Virus record (IMG/VR): IMGVR_UViG_2802429245_000007
Strand: one strand, 5' to 3'
Source of the DNA: a virus
Taxonomy: Duplodnaviria; Heunggongvirae; Uroviricota; Caudoviricetes
Length of the DNA: 37,506 bases
Made by a program: the position numbers and the translations under genes. The notes under the pieces were generated by a model. That model was not told where the DNA came from. It worked only from the letters and a program-made list of their open reading frames with translations, and did not search any database. Positions within the stretch are counted from its first letter, which is position 1; each line of letters opens with the position of its first letter. Below are positions 1 through 10,184 of this stretch, piece by piece.

Positions 1-258
1 ATGCAAACCGTTATTTTCGGCCGTCCGGGTTGCCCTTACTGCGTTCGTGCAAAAGATCTGGCAGAAAAATTAAGCAACGAGCGCGATGATTTTCACTATC
101 AGTATGTGGATATTCGTGCTGAAGGGATCACTAAAGAAGATTTACAACAGAAGGCCGGGAAGCCCGTTGAAACCGTGCCGCAGATTTTTGTCGATCAGCA
201 ACACATCGGTGGCTATACCGATTTTGCAGCCTGGGTAAAAGAGAATCTTGACGCCTGA
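1..258 (+). CDS. grxA: glutaredoxin 1
   Basis: 85-aa ORF with CPYC redox motif (GRPGCPYCVRAK); length and sequence as recalled for E. coli GrxA. Confidence 0.9.
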   Translation: MQTVIFGRPGCPYCVRAKDLAEKLSNERDDFHYQYVDIRAEGITKEDLQQKAGKPVETVPQIFVDQQHIGGYTDFAAWVKENLDA

Positions 259-290
259 TTTGCCGGATAAGCCCTCTCTGTTTGAGGGCT

Positions 291-668
291 TTATTGATTT
301 TTTCTGTGTTGTGGCTTGAACAAGCTACTGATAAACAAGAAACACAACGCCCCCAGCGCACACCAGAAGACAGCACTCAATAACCATGCCAGCTCTTGCC
401 AGAATGAGCGTGTTGGTGAAAAAAACAGGCGCATAATTAACATAGAACACGGTGCTGCCAGCATTGCGCCAAACAGGGGTTTAAGGACTTCTCTACGCTG
501 CGAAAAAAAACTGGCGACAGCTCCAGGAAGAATGAAAAACAGTAAGCCGATTTCAGGATGCCCGGCAGCCCGAAAAGCGCCCTTCATATGCGTCGCCAGG
601 AAAAGGCACACCACAATGAAGAGGACAAAACAGCAGACTGCCCCCGCCCAACGTTGTTTATGTTTCAC
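291..668 (-). CDS. ybjM: inner membrane protein YbjM
   Basis: 125-aa hydrophobic ORF, convergent with grxA and divergent from ybjL as in the conserved E. coli locus. Confidence 0.7.
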   Translation of the reverse strand: MKHKQRWAGAVCCFVLFIVVCLFLATHMKGAFRAAGHPEIGLLFFILPGAVASFFSQRREVLKPLFGAMLAAPCSMLIMRLFFSPTRSFWQELAWLLSAVFWCALGALCFLFISSLFKPQHRKNQ

Positions 669-936
669 ATCTTCCTCCTGACACTGCCTCTATCGAACAC
701 ATTTTTCGCCAGTGTGGCGCTCAGTAAGATAAAGCCGCTTCGCATTCCATGCTAATATAGGCCAACACAATTCTTATAGCCGTTGGTATCTAATGTGATT
801 ACACTAGTAAAATATATTGTTACTTTACTATTGATTAAGTGCGCTGAATGAATCTGCGCCCTGAATTCAGGTAAAAACATTATCTTAAATTACCATTTCT
901 TTCAACAGCTTACTCGTAAACAAGAAGTTAGTCTCC

Positions 937-2622
937 GTGAATATAAACGTCGCCGAATTGTTAAATGGGAATTACATTCTGTTATTATTCGTGGTCCTCG
1001 CGCTTGGGCTATGTCTCGGAAAATTACGACTTGGTTCAATCCAACTGGGTAATTCCATTGGCGTTTTAGTCGTATCGCTATTATTAGGTCAACAACATTT
1101 CAGTATTAACACCGACGCGCTTAATCTTGGCTTTATGCTGTTTATTTTCTGCGTCGGGGTCGAAGCCGGACCCAACTTTTTTTCCATTTTTTTCCGCGAT
1201 GGGAAAAATTACCTAATGTTAGCGCTGGTAATGGTCGGTAGTGCGCTGTTGATCGCCTTAGGTTTGGGTAAGCTGTTTGGCTGGGACATTGGCCTGACGG
1301 CCGGTATGTTGGCTGGCTCCATGACATCGACGCCGGTTCTGGTCGGTGCGGGCGATACGTTACGCCACTCTGGTATAGAAAGCGGGCAGCTCTCCGCGGC
1401 ACTGGATAATTTAAGCCTTGGGTATGCATTAACCTATTTGATCGGTCTGGTGAGCCTGATTGTCGGAGCGCGTTACCTGCCCAAGTTACAGCATCAGGAC
1501 TTACAGACCAGCGCCCAGCAAATCGCTCGTGAGCGAGGTCTGGACACCGACGCCAGCCGCAAAGTCTATCTGCCGGTGATTCGCGCTTACCGAGTCGGAC
1601 CGGAACTGGTCGCCTGGGCCGACGGCAAGAACTTGCGTGAATTGGGTATTTATCGACAGACCGGTTGCTATATTGAACGTATCCGTCGTAACGGGATTCT
1701 GGCAAATCCGGATGGTGACGCCGTGTTGCAAATGGGCGATGAAATAGCGTTGGTAGGATATCCCGATGCCCACGCCCGACTCGATCCCAGCTTCCGTAAC
1801 GGTAAAGAAGTTTTTGATCGTGACCTTCTCGACATGCGTATTGTCACTGAAGAGGTGGTCGTCAAAAACCATAACGCCGTCGGTAAACGTCTGGCGCAAT
1901 TGAAGTTGACCGATCACGGTTGCTTCCTTAACCGCGTGATCCGCAGTCAGATCGAGATGCCAATTGACGATAACGTAGTGCTTAACAAAGGTGACGTTTT
2001 GCAGGTGAGCGGCGATGCCCGCCGTGTGAAGACCATCGCTGACCGTATCGGCTTTATTTCGATTCACAGCCAGGTCACCGACTTGCTGGCATTCTGCGCA
2101 TTCTTTGTTATAGGCCTGATGATCGGGATGATTACCTTCCAGTTCAGCACTTTCAGTTTTGGCATGGGTAACGCTGCCGGATTGTTATTCGCTGGCATTA
2201 TGCTGGGCTTTATGCGCGCTAACCACCCGACCTTCGGCTATATTCCGCAGGGTGCGTTAAGTATGGTGAAAGAGTTTGGTTTGATGGTGTTTATGGCGGG
2301 TGTTGGTTTAAGCGCCGGTAGCGGCATCAATAACGGCCTGGGCGCGATTGGCGGTCAGATGTTGATTGCCGGATTGATTGTCAGTCTGGTGCCCGTTGTT
2401 ATCTGCTTCCTGTTCGGTGCTTACGTATTGCGTATGAACCGCGCACTGTTATTCGGCGCAATGATGGGCGCACGAACCTGCGCACCGGCAATGGAGATCA
2501 TCAGTGATACAGCCCGCAGTAACATCCCGGCGCTGGGCTATGCGGGCACTTATGCAATAGCTAACGTACTGCTGACACTGGCAGGGACAATCATTGTGAT
2601 GGTATGGCCCGGACTCGGATAA
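937..2622 (+). CDS. ybjL: putative transport protein YbjL (permease with central soluble RCK/TrkA-C-like region)
   Basis: 561-aa ORF with hydrophobic N- and C-terminal halves around a soluble middle; size and synteny match YbjL. Confidence 0.85.
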   Translation: MNINVAELLNGNYILLLFVVLALGLCLGKLRLGSIQLGNSIGVLVVSLLLGQQHFSINTDALNLGFMLFIFCVGVEAGPNFFSIFFRDGKNYLMLALVMVGSALLIALGLGKLFGWDIGLTAGMLAGSMTSTPVLVGAGDTLRHSGIESGQLSAALDNLSLGYALTYLIGLVSLIVGARYLPKLQHQDLQTSAQQIARERGLDTDASRKVYLPVIRAYRVGPELVAWADGKNLRELGIYRQTGCYIERIRRNGILANPDGDAVLQMGDEIALVGYPDAHARLDPSFRNGKEVFDRDLLDMRIVTEEVVVKNHNAVGKRLAQLKLTDHGCFLNRVIRSQIEMPIDDNVVLNKGDVLQVSGDARRVKTIADRIGFISIHSQVTDLLAFCAFFVIGLMIGMITFQFSTFSFGMGNAAGLLFAGIMLGFMRANHPTFGYIPQGALSMVKEFGLMVFMAGVGLSAGSGINNGLGAIGGQMLIAGLIVSLVPVVICFLFGAYVLRMNRALLFGAMMGARTCAPAMEIISDTARSNIPALGYAGTYAIANVLLTLAGTIIVMVWPGLG

Positions 2623-2734
2623 AACTGAAGTTGCCCTAAAAATGAAATTTTTTTGTACAACCGCAGAACTTTTCTTCAGGGTATCAGTCTTAATTAGTGC
2701 CACTGCTTTTCTTTGATGTCCCCATTTTGTGGAG

Positions 2735-2778
2735 CCCATCAACCCCGCCATTTAGGTTCAAGGTTGATGGGTTTTTTG
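2735..2778 (+). terminator. intrinsic terminator-like hairpin (10-bp stem cccatcaacc/ggttgatggg followed by a T6 run)
   Basis: Perfect 10-bp inverted repeat followed by ttttttg, about 110 bp downstream of the ybjL stop, in the host/prophage junction. Confidence 0.5.
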
Positions 2779-2857
2779 TTGCCTGAAATTTATGCCGTTT
2801 AAAATCATGACGTTAGAAGCACTGTTTTTTAACGATGGCGACAAAATGGCGGCAGCG

Positions 2858-3076
2858 TCAAAGAGAGAGCGCCACCTGTCCTGATTTCATTGGATGCGGC
2901 TGAACCGGATTTGACTCTTTTGGCGTTGCAATCGAACGAACAAAAGTTTCATGGGTTACAAAAGTATGGCTGCAGTTAATATTCTGGCACTGGTTGTAAC
3001 GCTCTTTGGTCAATGAAGATACCTGAAAACTGCTGCGAGTATGGGCGGCACTTCCACACAGTGGGCAAATCATCAT
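2858..3076 (-). CDS. ogr: late-gene transcriptional activator Ogr/B (zinc-finger)
   Basis: ORF 2858..3109; from internal Met (MMICPLCGSAAH...) gives 72 aa with Cys motifs CPLC and CQNINC as in P2 Ogr; located just distal to gene D. Confidence 0.8.
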   Translation of the reverse strand: MMICPLCGSAAHTRSSFQVSSLTKERYNQCQNINCSHTFVTHETFVRSIATPKESNPVQPHPMKSGQVALSL

Positions 3077-3166
3077 TTTTCGAGTTCTCCCCATTTTTGC
3101 TAAATTCACAATAATGATACCGCATTATTCCATTTTGCAAACTTAAAAGTTCTCCATTGCGAAGAA

Positions 3167-4267
3167 TCATTCCATTTCGAAATCATCAATCCTCACTTCA
3201 AGCTCCAGACTGGTTGTAAAACCGTTATCGGGGCTGACGGTATGCGTCAGAGTCGTAATGGTCCATTCCGCATCATCTATCGGCTGTTTAAAGCCACTGA
3301 CCTTCACAGGCATTTCTGTGTAGAGATCTGCCCGCCCTTCCGCCAGTTGTAGCGAGAATGATGCAACGCCGCGTTGCAGGCGTTCCCACTGCATTTTCGC
3401 TGCCCGTTCGGCGTTGCTCCGGTTGGCATAAGTGCGATTAAGTACCAGCACGTTTTCATCCGTACCCACCAGGTAATCGCCCTGCTTCGCTTCCGGCTCT
3501 TTCTTCTGCTTCTTAGTCCTGCGCTTACGCTTCACCGTGGTGCTTTCTTTCTTCGCGGGTTCGCGGGTATGCAACCAACTGGCAATTACGCCCGTGTAGG
3601 CTCCGCGATCTGCCAGGGTAAAGCGGTGACTGTCGCCGTCCTTACGTGTGATTGAGATCACCGGCAGTGGTTTACCGCTGGCGCTTTTGCCCTGTCCCTG
3701 CCGGATGAATAACAGATTGCCATTTTTCACCGACGCGATGGCACCGTACTGGCGCGCCAGCCGCATCAGAAAACTGCCGTCACTCTCATTAGTCTGGTCT
3801 ATATGCTCCACGGGCTTATCCGACAGGTCTTTACCCAGTGCCATCTTCAGCTTATGACGCGCGGCTATTTCCTTCACCACTTCCCCGACAGTGGTCTTGT
3901 GCCACGATTTTTCACGGCGGGTATTCAGCGTTTCCCTAAAATCAGCACTTCGCGCCCGGATAGTCAGGCGATCCGGTGCGCCGGTGTGTTCAATCTCGTC
4001 CACCGTGAATGCCCCTTTCGGGAAAAGCGGCTGCCCCTTCCAGCCCAGCGCCAGCGTAATGACCGCACCACGGCGCGGCAGCACGATTTTTCCGTCGGCG
4101 TCGTCCAGCTCCAGATCAAGCTGGTCCGCTTCAAAGCCCCGATTGTCCGTCAGCGTCAGACTCATCAGACGGTTATCCAGCACAGTGGTGATATCCCTGC
4201 CCTCAATACTGATACTGAATGCCGGAGTTTTGTTGCCTTTGTTAAGCAGTTCAGAGCTGAAATTCAT
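3167..4267 (-). CDS. D: tail protein D (late control gene D)
   Basis: 366-aa ORF at end of tail operon after U; P2 gene order and size. Confidence 0.8.
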   Translation of the reverse strand: MNFSSELLNKGNKTPAFSISIEGRDITTVLDNRLMSLTLTDNRGFEADQLDLELDDADGKIVLPRRGAVITLALGWKGQPLFPKGAFTVDEIEHTGAPDRLTIRARSADFRETLNTRREKSWHKTTVGEVVKEIAARHKLKMALGKDLSDKPVEHIDQTNESDGSFLMRLARQYGAIASVKNGNLLFIRQGQGKSASGKPLPVISITRKDGDSHRFTLADRGAYTGVIASWLHTREPAKKESTTVKRKRRTKKQKKEPEAKQGDYLVGTDENVLVLNRTYANRSNAERAAKMQWERLQRGVASFSLQLAEGRADLYTEMPVKVSGFKQPIDDAEWTITTLTHTVSPDNGFTTSLELEVRIDDFEME

Positions 4268-4749
4268 GACAGCAGCCCTCCCACCGTTTTACTGATATCG
4301 CTTAAGGCAGATGTTGCCATGTCCTGCAGATTATTCAGCTGCGCACTGAGATCACCAAACATATCGGACAGGGATTCATCCACCCGTTTGAGCGACAGGG
4401 TGAACTCAATCCGGCGCGGCATACCGTCGCGGAAAAACTCCGTTTTGGTCTGATTCAGTCCCTCAATCACATACATGCCGTAAATCGTGCCGCTGCCTTC
4501 AATCAGGGGCCATGCTTTCCCCTGTTCTGCCATCTGCTCCAGTGCCAGCAATGACAGCCTGCCGCCTGTTATCTCCGGCATAAGAACACCAGAAAGCGTC
4601 AGCATGTCGTTGTCCGGTCCCAGAAACTGCGTGGATGGACGACGATTTACCCGACTGTTAGCCGCATGTCGCCAGCTGCGCTGATACTGCAGTTCCTGAT
4701 ACGGCACGGTGCGCAGCATAAACACGTACAATCCCAGCACCATCATCAT
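4264..4749 (-). CDS. U: tail protein U
   Basis: 161-aa ORF between T and D, 4-nt overlaps with neighbours; P2 order. Confidence 0.8.
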   Translation of the reverse strand: MMMVLGLYVFMLRTVPYQELQYQRSWRHAANSRVNRRPSTQFLGPDNDMLTLSGVLMPEITGGRLSLLALEQMAEQGKAWPLIEGSGTIYGMYVIEGLNQTKTEFFRDGMPRRIEFTLSLKRVDESLSDMFGDLSAQLNNLQDMATSALSDISKTVGGLLS

Positions 4750-7700
4750 GCGTCGTATCCCCCCTGATCGCTGTAGTTACTCCTGGCTTTTGCCTTCAGC
4801 CTGCGTTCACGTTCATCAAGCTGGCGGGCCACCTCCCGTGCAATATCCTGCGCACTTTGTCCTGGCTGCGTCTGGATGATGATCTGCGTCGGTGCCTCAA
4901 TCCTGTAAACGGGCGGCACAGTGGCTGCGCGACTCACAATTGCTTCTCCACCTTTCGCGGGAAGTGCCAAAGGGTGCAACGGTGGAAGCTCTGCTGGCGC
5001 GGCAGCAACTCCCATCATTCCGGTAACAACGGCAGCCAGTGCAGCTGTATTTCTCCGGCTGGTCACATTTGCCGGGCCGTTAACAATTTCCGGCCCGTTT
5101 TCACCGACGATGCCAAACTGCCCGCGCGGGATATACCCGCCGCTGTCATACATCCCCGCAAAGCCATATCCCCATGATGGAAAACCACCCGATGGCATCA
5201 TCACTTTACCGTCTGCATTCACCGTCGCAGGTTGCTGACGCGTCACGCTTTCCGGCAGTTTTGCCTTTGCGACCTCTTTACTGACAATGCCGAGCTTCTC
5301 CAGCAACCAGGAAACGCCGGATTTCAGGGAGTCCAGCGGATGCATGACCATATTTAGCCCTTCCGCCAGTGCCTCCCCGAATCGTCGCCCCATTGCCGCT
5401 GCACTCTGCAGTTCGGCAGAGGTCGACTTAACGGGCGTCAGCAGATCAGTAAACCAGCCCCACAGCGCCTGTACTTTGTCGCCAATCCACTGGAACACGG
5501 GCTTAAGCGGTTCGAATGCTTCACTGACGGGACCTGCCGCCGCTTTGAATCCCTCCACCACTCCACCAAGAAATGCGGTGATGGGTTGCCAGTATTTCCA
5601 GACAACCAGCGCCACGCCCGCCAGTGCAGTAACCACAAGACCAATCGGACTGAGCAGAGCACCTAACAGACCAGATACGGCATACAGGGCAACGCGCAGC
5701 ATCACCAGTGGACCAGATGCCAGTACTCGCAGCACCGTGCCTGCGGCGGCCAGTCCACCGCGCAGTACCGCCAGAGGATTCATAAACATCACAGCAACAG
5801 CACGTAAACCGGATAATCCAGACCGCAAAAGTGCAACCGGCGCACCTGCTACAGTTTTCAGGACATTTCCCGTCAGTAATGCCGTGCGGCGCAAAGACGA
5901 CAACGGCGCAGTAAGTAAACCTGCGGCGTTGCCCGATGAAGCAAGCCCGCGTCGCAACAGTGCCAGTGGTGCGCCAGCCAGCCAGGACAACGCGCTGCTG
6001 GTTCGGGTTACTGCTGCCGTAACGGAAGGTAACGTTTTGATACCCAGCACAGAGAATCCCAGACGAATCACTGCCAGCGGCCCCAGCACTGCAGCCAGCG
6101 CCACCGCTAAGGTTCCGAGGCCTACGGTAACCGCAGCCACCACAGCGGCTACTTTCATCAGTGTGCCTGTCAGTTCCGGGTTAGCTTCCACCCAGCGGCG
6201 CAACGCCCCCGTGATGCTTTTCACCGTGTACAGAATATCCATCAGCGGCTGGCGCAGCGTTTCGCCCAGGCTGCTGAAGGTGTTCTGCGCTCCGGTTTTG
6301 ACCAGCAACCACTGAGCAGAAAGTGAGTCCTTGTTGATGTCGGATTCTTTCTGCATGGAACCGAGCGCATCATTGCCCGCTGTCAGCTTTAACTGGCGCT
6401 GCAGTTCCGGCAGGTTGTTTGCCAGTTTCGCCGCGTCATCGCCAAACTCTTTACCAAACAACATGGTCATGGCAGACAGACGTTTATCCTGCGGCAGTGC
6501 GTTCACCTTCTCCAGTACGCGCTGGATAGTTCCCATCGCATCCTTCGTCATCTGCTTTTCAATCACTTCAGGATTGAGTTTCAGCAGATTCATTCCTTCA
6601 AAGAAACTCTTGCTTTGCATGGTGGCAATGGACAATTCACGCACCATCGCGTTTGCTGCACTGGCTGCAACCTCTGGCGCAGCGCCCAGTGTCAGAAAGG
6701 TGGAACCCAGCGCCGCCGCTTTACGATAATCCAGACGATCAGCCACACCACCCAGGCGTTGCATGACATCAATGATATCTGCCCCTTTCGACATGGCGTT
6801 ATCATCCAGATAGTTCAGCGCATCACCGAGCTGTTCAATATTGCGGGTAGGGATTTTGTAGAGCTGGGCGATTTTCCCCAGACTTTCTGACAGTTCATCC
6901 GCTGGCAGCTCAAAGGCTGTTGCCGCCTTTGCTGCCGTACTGGCGAAGGCCAGCAGGTCACGTTTCTGGTCTTCCCAGCTGTCGTCAGGGTTTGCGACGT
7001 TCATGCGCGCACCACCTTCAACCAGTGCAGCGAAATCCACCGCACCGTTTTCCATCGGCAACTGTTCGCTGGCAGCCTTGATGGCATCCTGCATTTCATA
7101 AAAACGTGCAGTGCGGTTGCCATTATCGTCACGAAGACCATTGACCTGCTTTGCCACACCTTTCATGGCATCTTCCATGCTGGTATAGCTTTTTACTGCC
7201 GCCATCACTGGTGCGCCCATTGCCAGCCCTGCAGCCGTGGTGGTGGCTCCGGCACCTGCAATACGATCACGCACCTCCAGTGAACGGGCATAACTGGCAC
7301 GCGCCGCATTCATCCTGCGCTGAGCTTCCCCCAGTCGCTTCAGCCGCGCCTCCTGTTTCGAAAGTTCCTGGTTATAACGTGATGTTTCACGGGCTAAACG
7401 GGCAGTTGCTCCCGCATCATCTTTCGCAGAAATTCCCGCCCGGTACAGCTCTGCACGCACAAGCGCCGTTTGCTTCTGCAAATATTTTTGTTGTTCTTCC
7501 AGGCGTTGGACTGCCAGCGTTTGCCGACCTAAAGCCACAAGGTGCCGTTGTGATGGTTGTTCCATCGCCTCCAGCTCAGAGCTAAGCAAATTAGCCTTCT
7601 GTCTGGCATAGTTCAGCCTGTCGCCTAACTTCTTGTTATCGGCCTGCAGCTTGCGAAATTTTTCCAGGCTGTTACCCGCCTGATTGAGTTGCTTTAATGC

Positions 7701-7823
7701 GTCACGGGAGTTTCTGATTGCGCCAGCCAGCTCTTTCGAACTGGCCTGTGCAGCACGGAATGGGCGGGTGAGTTTGTCAACCGCATTAAGAATGACCTGC
7801 AGGCGCAGGTTGTTATCACTCAT
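4746..7823 (-). CDS. T: tail tape measure protein
   Basis: 1025-aa Ala/Gly/Leu-rich ORF with coiled-coil N-terminus immediately after E/E'; typical tape measure. Confidence 0.85.
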   Translation of the reverse strand: MSDNNLRLQVILNAVDKLTRPFRAAQASSKELAGAIRNSRDALKQLNQAGNSLEKFRKLQADNKKLGDRLNYARQKANLLSSELEAMEQPSQRHLVALGRQTLAVQRLEEQQKYLQKQTALVRAELYRAGISAKDDAGATARLARETSRYNQELSKQEARLKRLGEAQRRMNAARASYARSLEVRDRIAGAGATTTAAGLAMGAPVMAAVKSYTSMEDAMKGVAKQVNGLRDDNGNRTARFYEMQDAIKAASEQLPMENGAVDFAALVEGGARMNVANPDDSWEDQKRDLLAFASTAAKAATAFELPADELSESLGKIAQLYKIPTRNIEQLGDALNYLDDNAMSKGADIIDVMQRLGGVADRLDYRKAAALGSTFLTLGAAPEVAASAANAMVRELSIATMQSKSFFEGMNLLKLNPEVIEKQMTKDAMGTIQRVLEKVNALPQDKRLSAMTMLFGKEFGDDAAKLANNLPELQRQLKLTAGNDALGSMQKESDINKDSLSAQWLLVKTGAQNTFSSLGETLRQPLMDILYTVKSITGALRRWVEANPELTGTLMKVAAVVAAVTVGLGTLAVALAAVLGPLAVIRLGFSVLGIKTLPSVTAAVTRTSSALSWLAGAPLALLRRGLASSGNAAGLLTAPLSSLRRTALLTGNVLKTVAGAPVALLRSGLSGLRAVAVMFMNPLAVLRGGLAAAGTVLRVLASGPLVMLRVALYAVSGLLGALLSPIGLVVTALAGVALVVWKYWQPITAFLGGVVEGFKAAAGPVSEAFEPLKPVFQWIGDKVQALWGWFTDLLTPVKSTSAELQSAAAMGRRFGEALAEGLNMVMHPLDSLKSGVSWLLEKLGIVSKEVAKAKLPESVTRQQPATVNADGKVMMPSGGFPSWGYGFAGMYDSGGYIPRGQFGIVGENGPEIVNGPANVTSRRNTAALAAVVTGMMGVAAAPAELPPLHPLALPAKGGEAIVSRAATVPPVYRIEAPTQIIIQTQPGQSAQDIAREVARQLDERERRLKAKARSNYSDQGGYDA

Positions 7824-8252
7824 CGTTGGCCCCGCTTCTCTGAATCGCTTTATACCGCCATTCCAGCACTTCGGTCAGCGGCATAACGTCAGTAACGGAT
7901 GGCGGCCAGTGAAAAATGGTGGCGATATCTGCCACCAGATCGTCAACCGTCAGGCTGTCGGTAAACCGGCAAGCACCGACTTCTTCAACAAAAAAGTAAC
8001 AACCTCAACCGACATGGCAGTGAGATCTGCCGGGTCCATATCTGCAATTTCCTGTGCAGTCAGTGCCGGACTGGAAATGCGGGGGATCACGGTCATCATC
8101 GCGTTCACATCCATATCCATAATGGCCTGCAGGCGTGTACCGCGCAGCGCACCAGACTGCGGTTTACGCAGCACAATTTCGGTGATTTCCGTTTTACCGC
8201 GCTTGATAGGGGTATCCAGTTGAATGGTCTTTTCAGTCTGCTTATCGCTCAT
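7816..8252 (-). CDS. E+E': tail assembly chaperone E+E' (programmed -1 frameshift product)
   Basis: Slippery heptamer T TTT TTG on the minus strand (plus 7990-7996) near the 3' end of E; the -1 frame stays open for about 58 codons to a TGA at 7816-7818 overlapping the T start codon (hand translation). Confidence 0.7.
7950..8252 (-). CDS. E: tail assembly chaperone E
   Basis: 100-aa ORF between FII and T; P2 E position. Confidence 0.8.
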   Translation of the reverse strand: MSDKQTEKTIQLDTPIKRGKTEITEIVLRKPQSGALRGTRLQAIMDMDVNAMMTVIPRISSPALTAQEIADMDPADLTAMSVEVVTFLLKKSVLAGLPTA

Positions 8253-8306
8253 TTTGTTGTCCTGTAAATTGGGTTCTGGCGCGGAATCCCGCGCCGTTCA
8301 GATACA

Positions 8307-8822
8307 TCAGAGGCCGAGGGCGTTGCGGTGCGCTTCCATCAGGTCCACACCGTCCACAATTTCCACCATGTTGATAAGGTCCACTTCATAGAGCACCTCA
8401 CCATTGATGGTCAGCTTCGCGTAGCTGTTGGTACTGGTCACTTTGGTGGTGTTGCTTTCGCCCGTCTTCCACTCGCCGGAATCCACTTCTTTGTGACGTC
8501 CACGCACCACAAGCTCCACGGCCTGCACTTCCCCGGTATCATCACGCTGGATAGAGCCGGTAAAGCGCAGCTGGATGCCATCCACCGTGGCTTTGCCCAT
8601 CTGCTTAAACAGCAGCAATTCAGTACCACCAATGGAAAATTCTGTATCCAGCGCACTGTCATCAAGCCCCAGATCCACATCCACTGCACCCGGCATTCCG
8701 CCGCCGCGATACTTCTCATATTTGCGGGTGAATTTCGGCAGCGTCAGCGACTCAACGATCCCCTGCCAGTTGTTCCCGTCGTTAAACAAGTTCAGATGTT
8801 TTAATTTGCGTGGTAAAGCCAT
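8307..8822 (-). CDS. FII: major tail tube protein
   Basis: 171-aa ORF after sheath gene; P2 FII size and position. Confidence 0.85.
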   Translation of the reverse strand: MALPRKLKHLNLFNDGNNWQGIVESLTLPKFTRKYEKYRGGGMPGAVDVDLGLDDSALDTEFSIGGTELLLFKQMGKATVDGIQLRFTGSIQRDDTGEVQAVELVVRGRHKEVDSGEWKTGESNTTKVTSTNSYAKLTINGEVLYEVDLINMVEIVDGVDLMEAHRNALGL

Positions 8823-8831
8823 GTTGTCCCC

Positions 8832-10004
8832 TTACGCGCTGACCTGGCTGGAGAAATTCACCAGGTACTGATCGGTGATGCGCTGACGCAACATCAGGTT
8901 TTCAAGTGGCGGCACTGGCGTGTAGTCGTAGTCGATGGTGAGTTTTCCGGCTTTCAGAGTGTCTTTGTCATTCACCGACTCGTCCAGCCAGCAATCACCA
9001 CCAATGAGATAGCCCTGACTGACCAGGCTGCGCATTTTGGCGCGGATACCTTCGATAATGTCGCGGGCCAGCGACGGGTTCAGCGGTTTGTCCACCGCCC
9101 ACATATGCGCTTCTGCCATCGTGTCCATCAGCACCTGCGCCGTGCGGGTGTAGTTTTCGAAGGCAAAGAGTGGGTCATCACTCAGGCAGCGGGAACCCCA
9201 GAAGCGGAAACCGTCTTTGCGGATAAGCGTGGTGACGTCGTTCTGGTTCAGCAGACCTGCATCTGTTGCCGGGTCCTGCAGATCCCAGAACACATCAGCA
9301 GAAATTCCGGTGACACCGTTCACGCCCACGTTAGACAGGCTTTTGTGCCATCCGGTCTGCTCGTCAATTTTGGCGCGCAGACCAAGCGCACGGGCGGTGG
9401 CATATGCTGTTGCTTCGGCATTCAGCACCGTGTCCCAGCCAGTAAAGTCGGGCCAGATCAGCATCCCTTCGCGCTGGCTGAAGTTTTCACGGTAGGTAAG
9501 CACTTCTTCCACTGTTTTGCAGCCATACGCCGACAGGTAAGCAAACCCGCGCAGGCTTTGCGCCACACTCAGCAGCTCAGTCGCAACGGCTTTATTATCG
9601 TGACCCGGCACGCCGAGAATGCGCGGTTTAACGCCGAGCTGTGACTGGGCAGATAACAGGGCTTTCATGCCTGTTTTTTTACCTTCAGCAGTCACTGCGC
9701 CGATGATATTGGTTGTGGTTTCTTCTTCCGTTTCACCCTGCGGCACACGCACAACTACGGTCACGGGTTTTGCCTGGTCAGCGATGGCATCCAGCGAACG
9801 GGCCAGCGTGCCGGTCTCACCCGCTTTACCGCTGGCGGTCAGTACATCAGTGATCAGCACGGGTTTATTAAGAGGAAACATTTTTGCATCGGCATCATCG
9901 CCCGTGCAGACCATACCCACGATGGCGGTGCTCACCGTGGTAATGGATCGGGTGCCTTCGTTGACTTCAACAACGCGCACCCCGTGGTGGTAATCCTGAG
10001 CCAT
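8832..10004 (-). CDS. FI: tail sheath protein
   Basis: 390-aa ORF; P2 FI size and position at head of FI-FII-E-T-U-D operon. Confidence 0.85.
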   Translation of the reverse strand: MAQDYHHGVRVVEVNEGTRSITTVSTAIVGMVCTGDDADAKMFPLNKPVLITDVLTASGKAGETGTLARSLDAIADQAKPVTVVVRVPQGETEEETTTNIIGAVTAEGKKTGMKALLSAQSQLGVKPRILGVPGHDNKAVATELLSVAQSLRGFAYLSAYGCKTVEEVLTYRENFSQREGMLIWPDFTGWDTVLNAEATAYATARALGLRAKIDEQTGWHKSLSNVGVNGVTGISADVFWDLQDPATDAGLLNQNDVTTLIRKDGFRFWGSRCLSDDPLFAFENYTRTAQVLMDTMAEAHMWAVDKPLNPSLARDIIEGIRAKMRSLVSQGYLIGGDCWLDESVNDKDTLKAGKLTIDYDYTPVPPLENLMLRQRITDQYLVNFSSQVSA

Positions 10005-10078
10005 AAGGCAGTCTCTCCGGTTTACAGGGATAATGCCTACTATGAAAATAAAGTTGCCTTAGGTCACGCGAGGTCGTT

Positions 10079-10096
10079 TGTACGACGGCCTGCACA
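10079..10096 (-). promoter_or_regulatory. candidate Ogr-dependent late promoter element (TGT-N12-ACA dyad) for the F operon
   Basis: tgtacgacggcctgcaca about 83 bp upstream of the FI start codon; P2 late promoters carry a TGT-N12-ACA dyad centred near -55. Confidence 0.5.
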
Positions 10097-10184
10097 ATTA
10101 TCAGATTCTCATTTAATACTTTTAATTGAATCCGTTACCCTGGATACTGTCTTCAACAGAAAACTAACTATATACACTTAAGGA

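Noticed and set aside
316..681. 121-aa plus-strand ORF overlapping ybjM
   Set aside because: Antisense to ybjM with Arg/Lys-rich low-complexity translation; ybjM explains the locus
1142..2067. Minus-strand ORFs of 187 and 188 aa inside ybjL
   Set aside because: Antisense to a well-supported host transporter gene
3374..4453. Plus-strand ORFs of 93-216 aa inside genes D and U
   Set aside because: Antisense to conserved tail genes; Arg/Ser/Pro-rich spurious frames
5287..6315. 342-aa ORF (and several others 4857-7585) on the plus strand inside the tape measure gene
   Set aside because: Antisense to a long, well-supported structural gene; Ala/Pro/Ser/Thr/Arg-rich low-complexity translation typical of spurious GC-rich reverse frames
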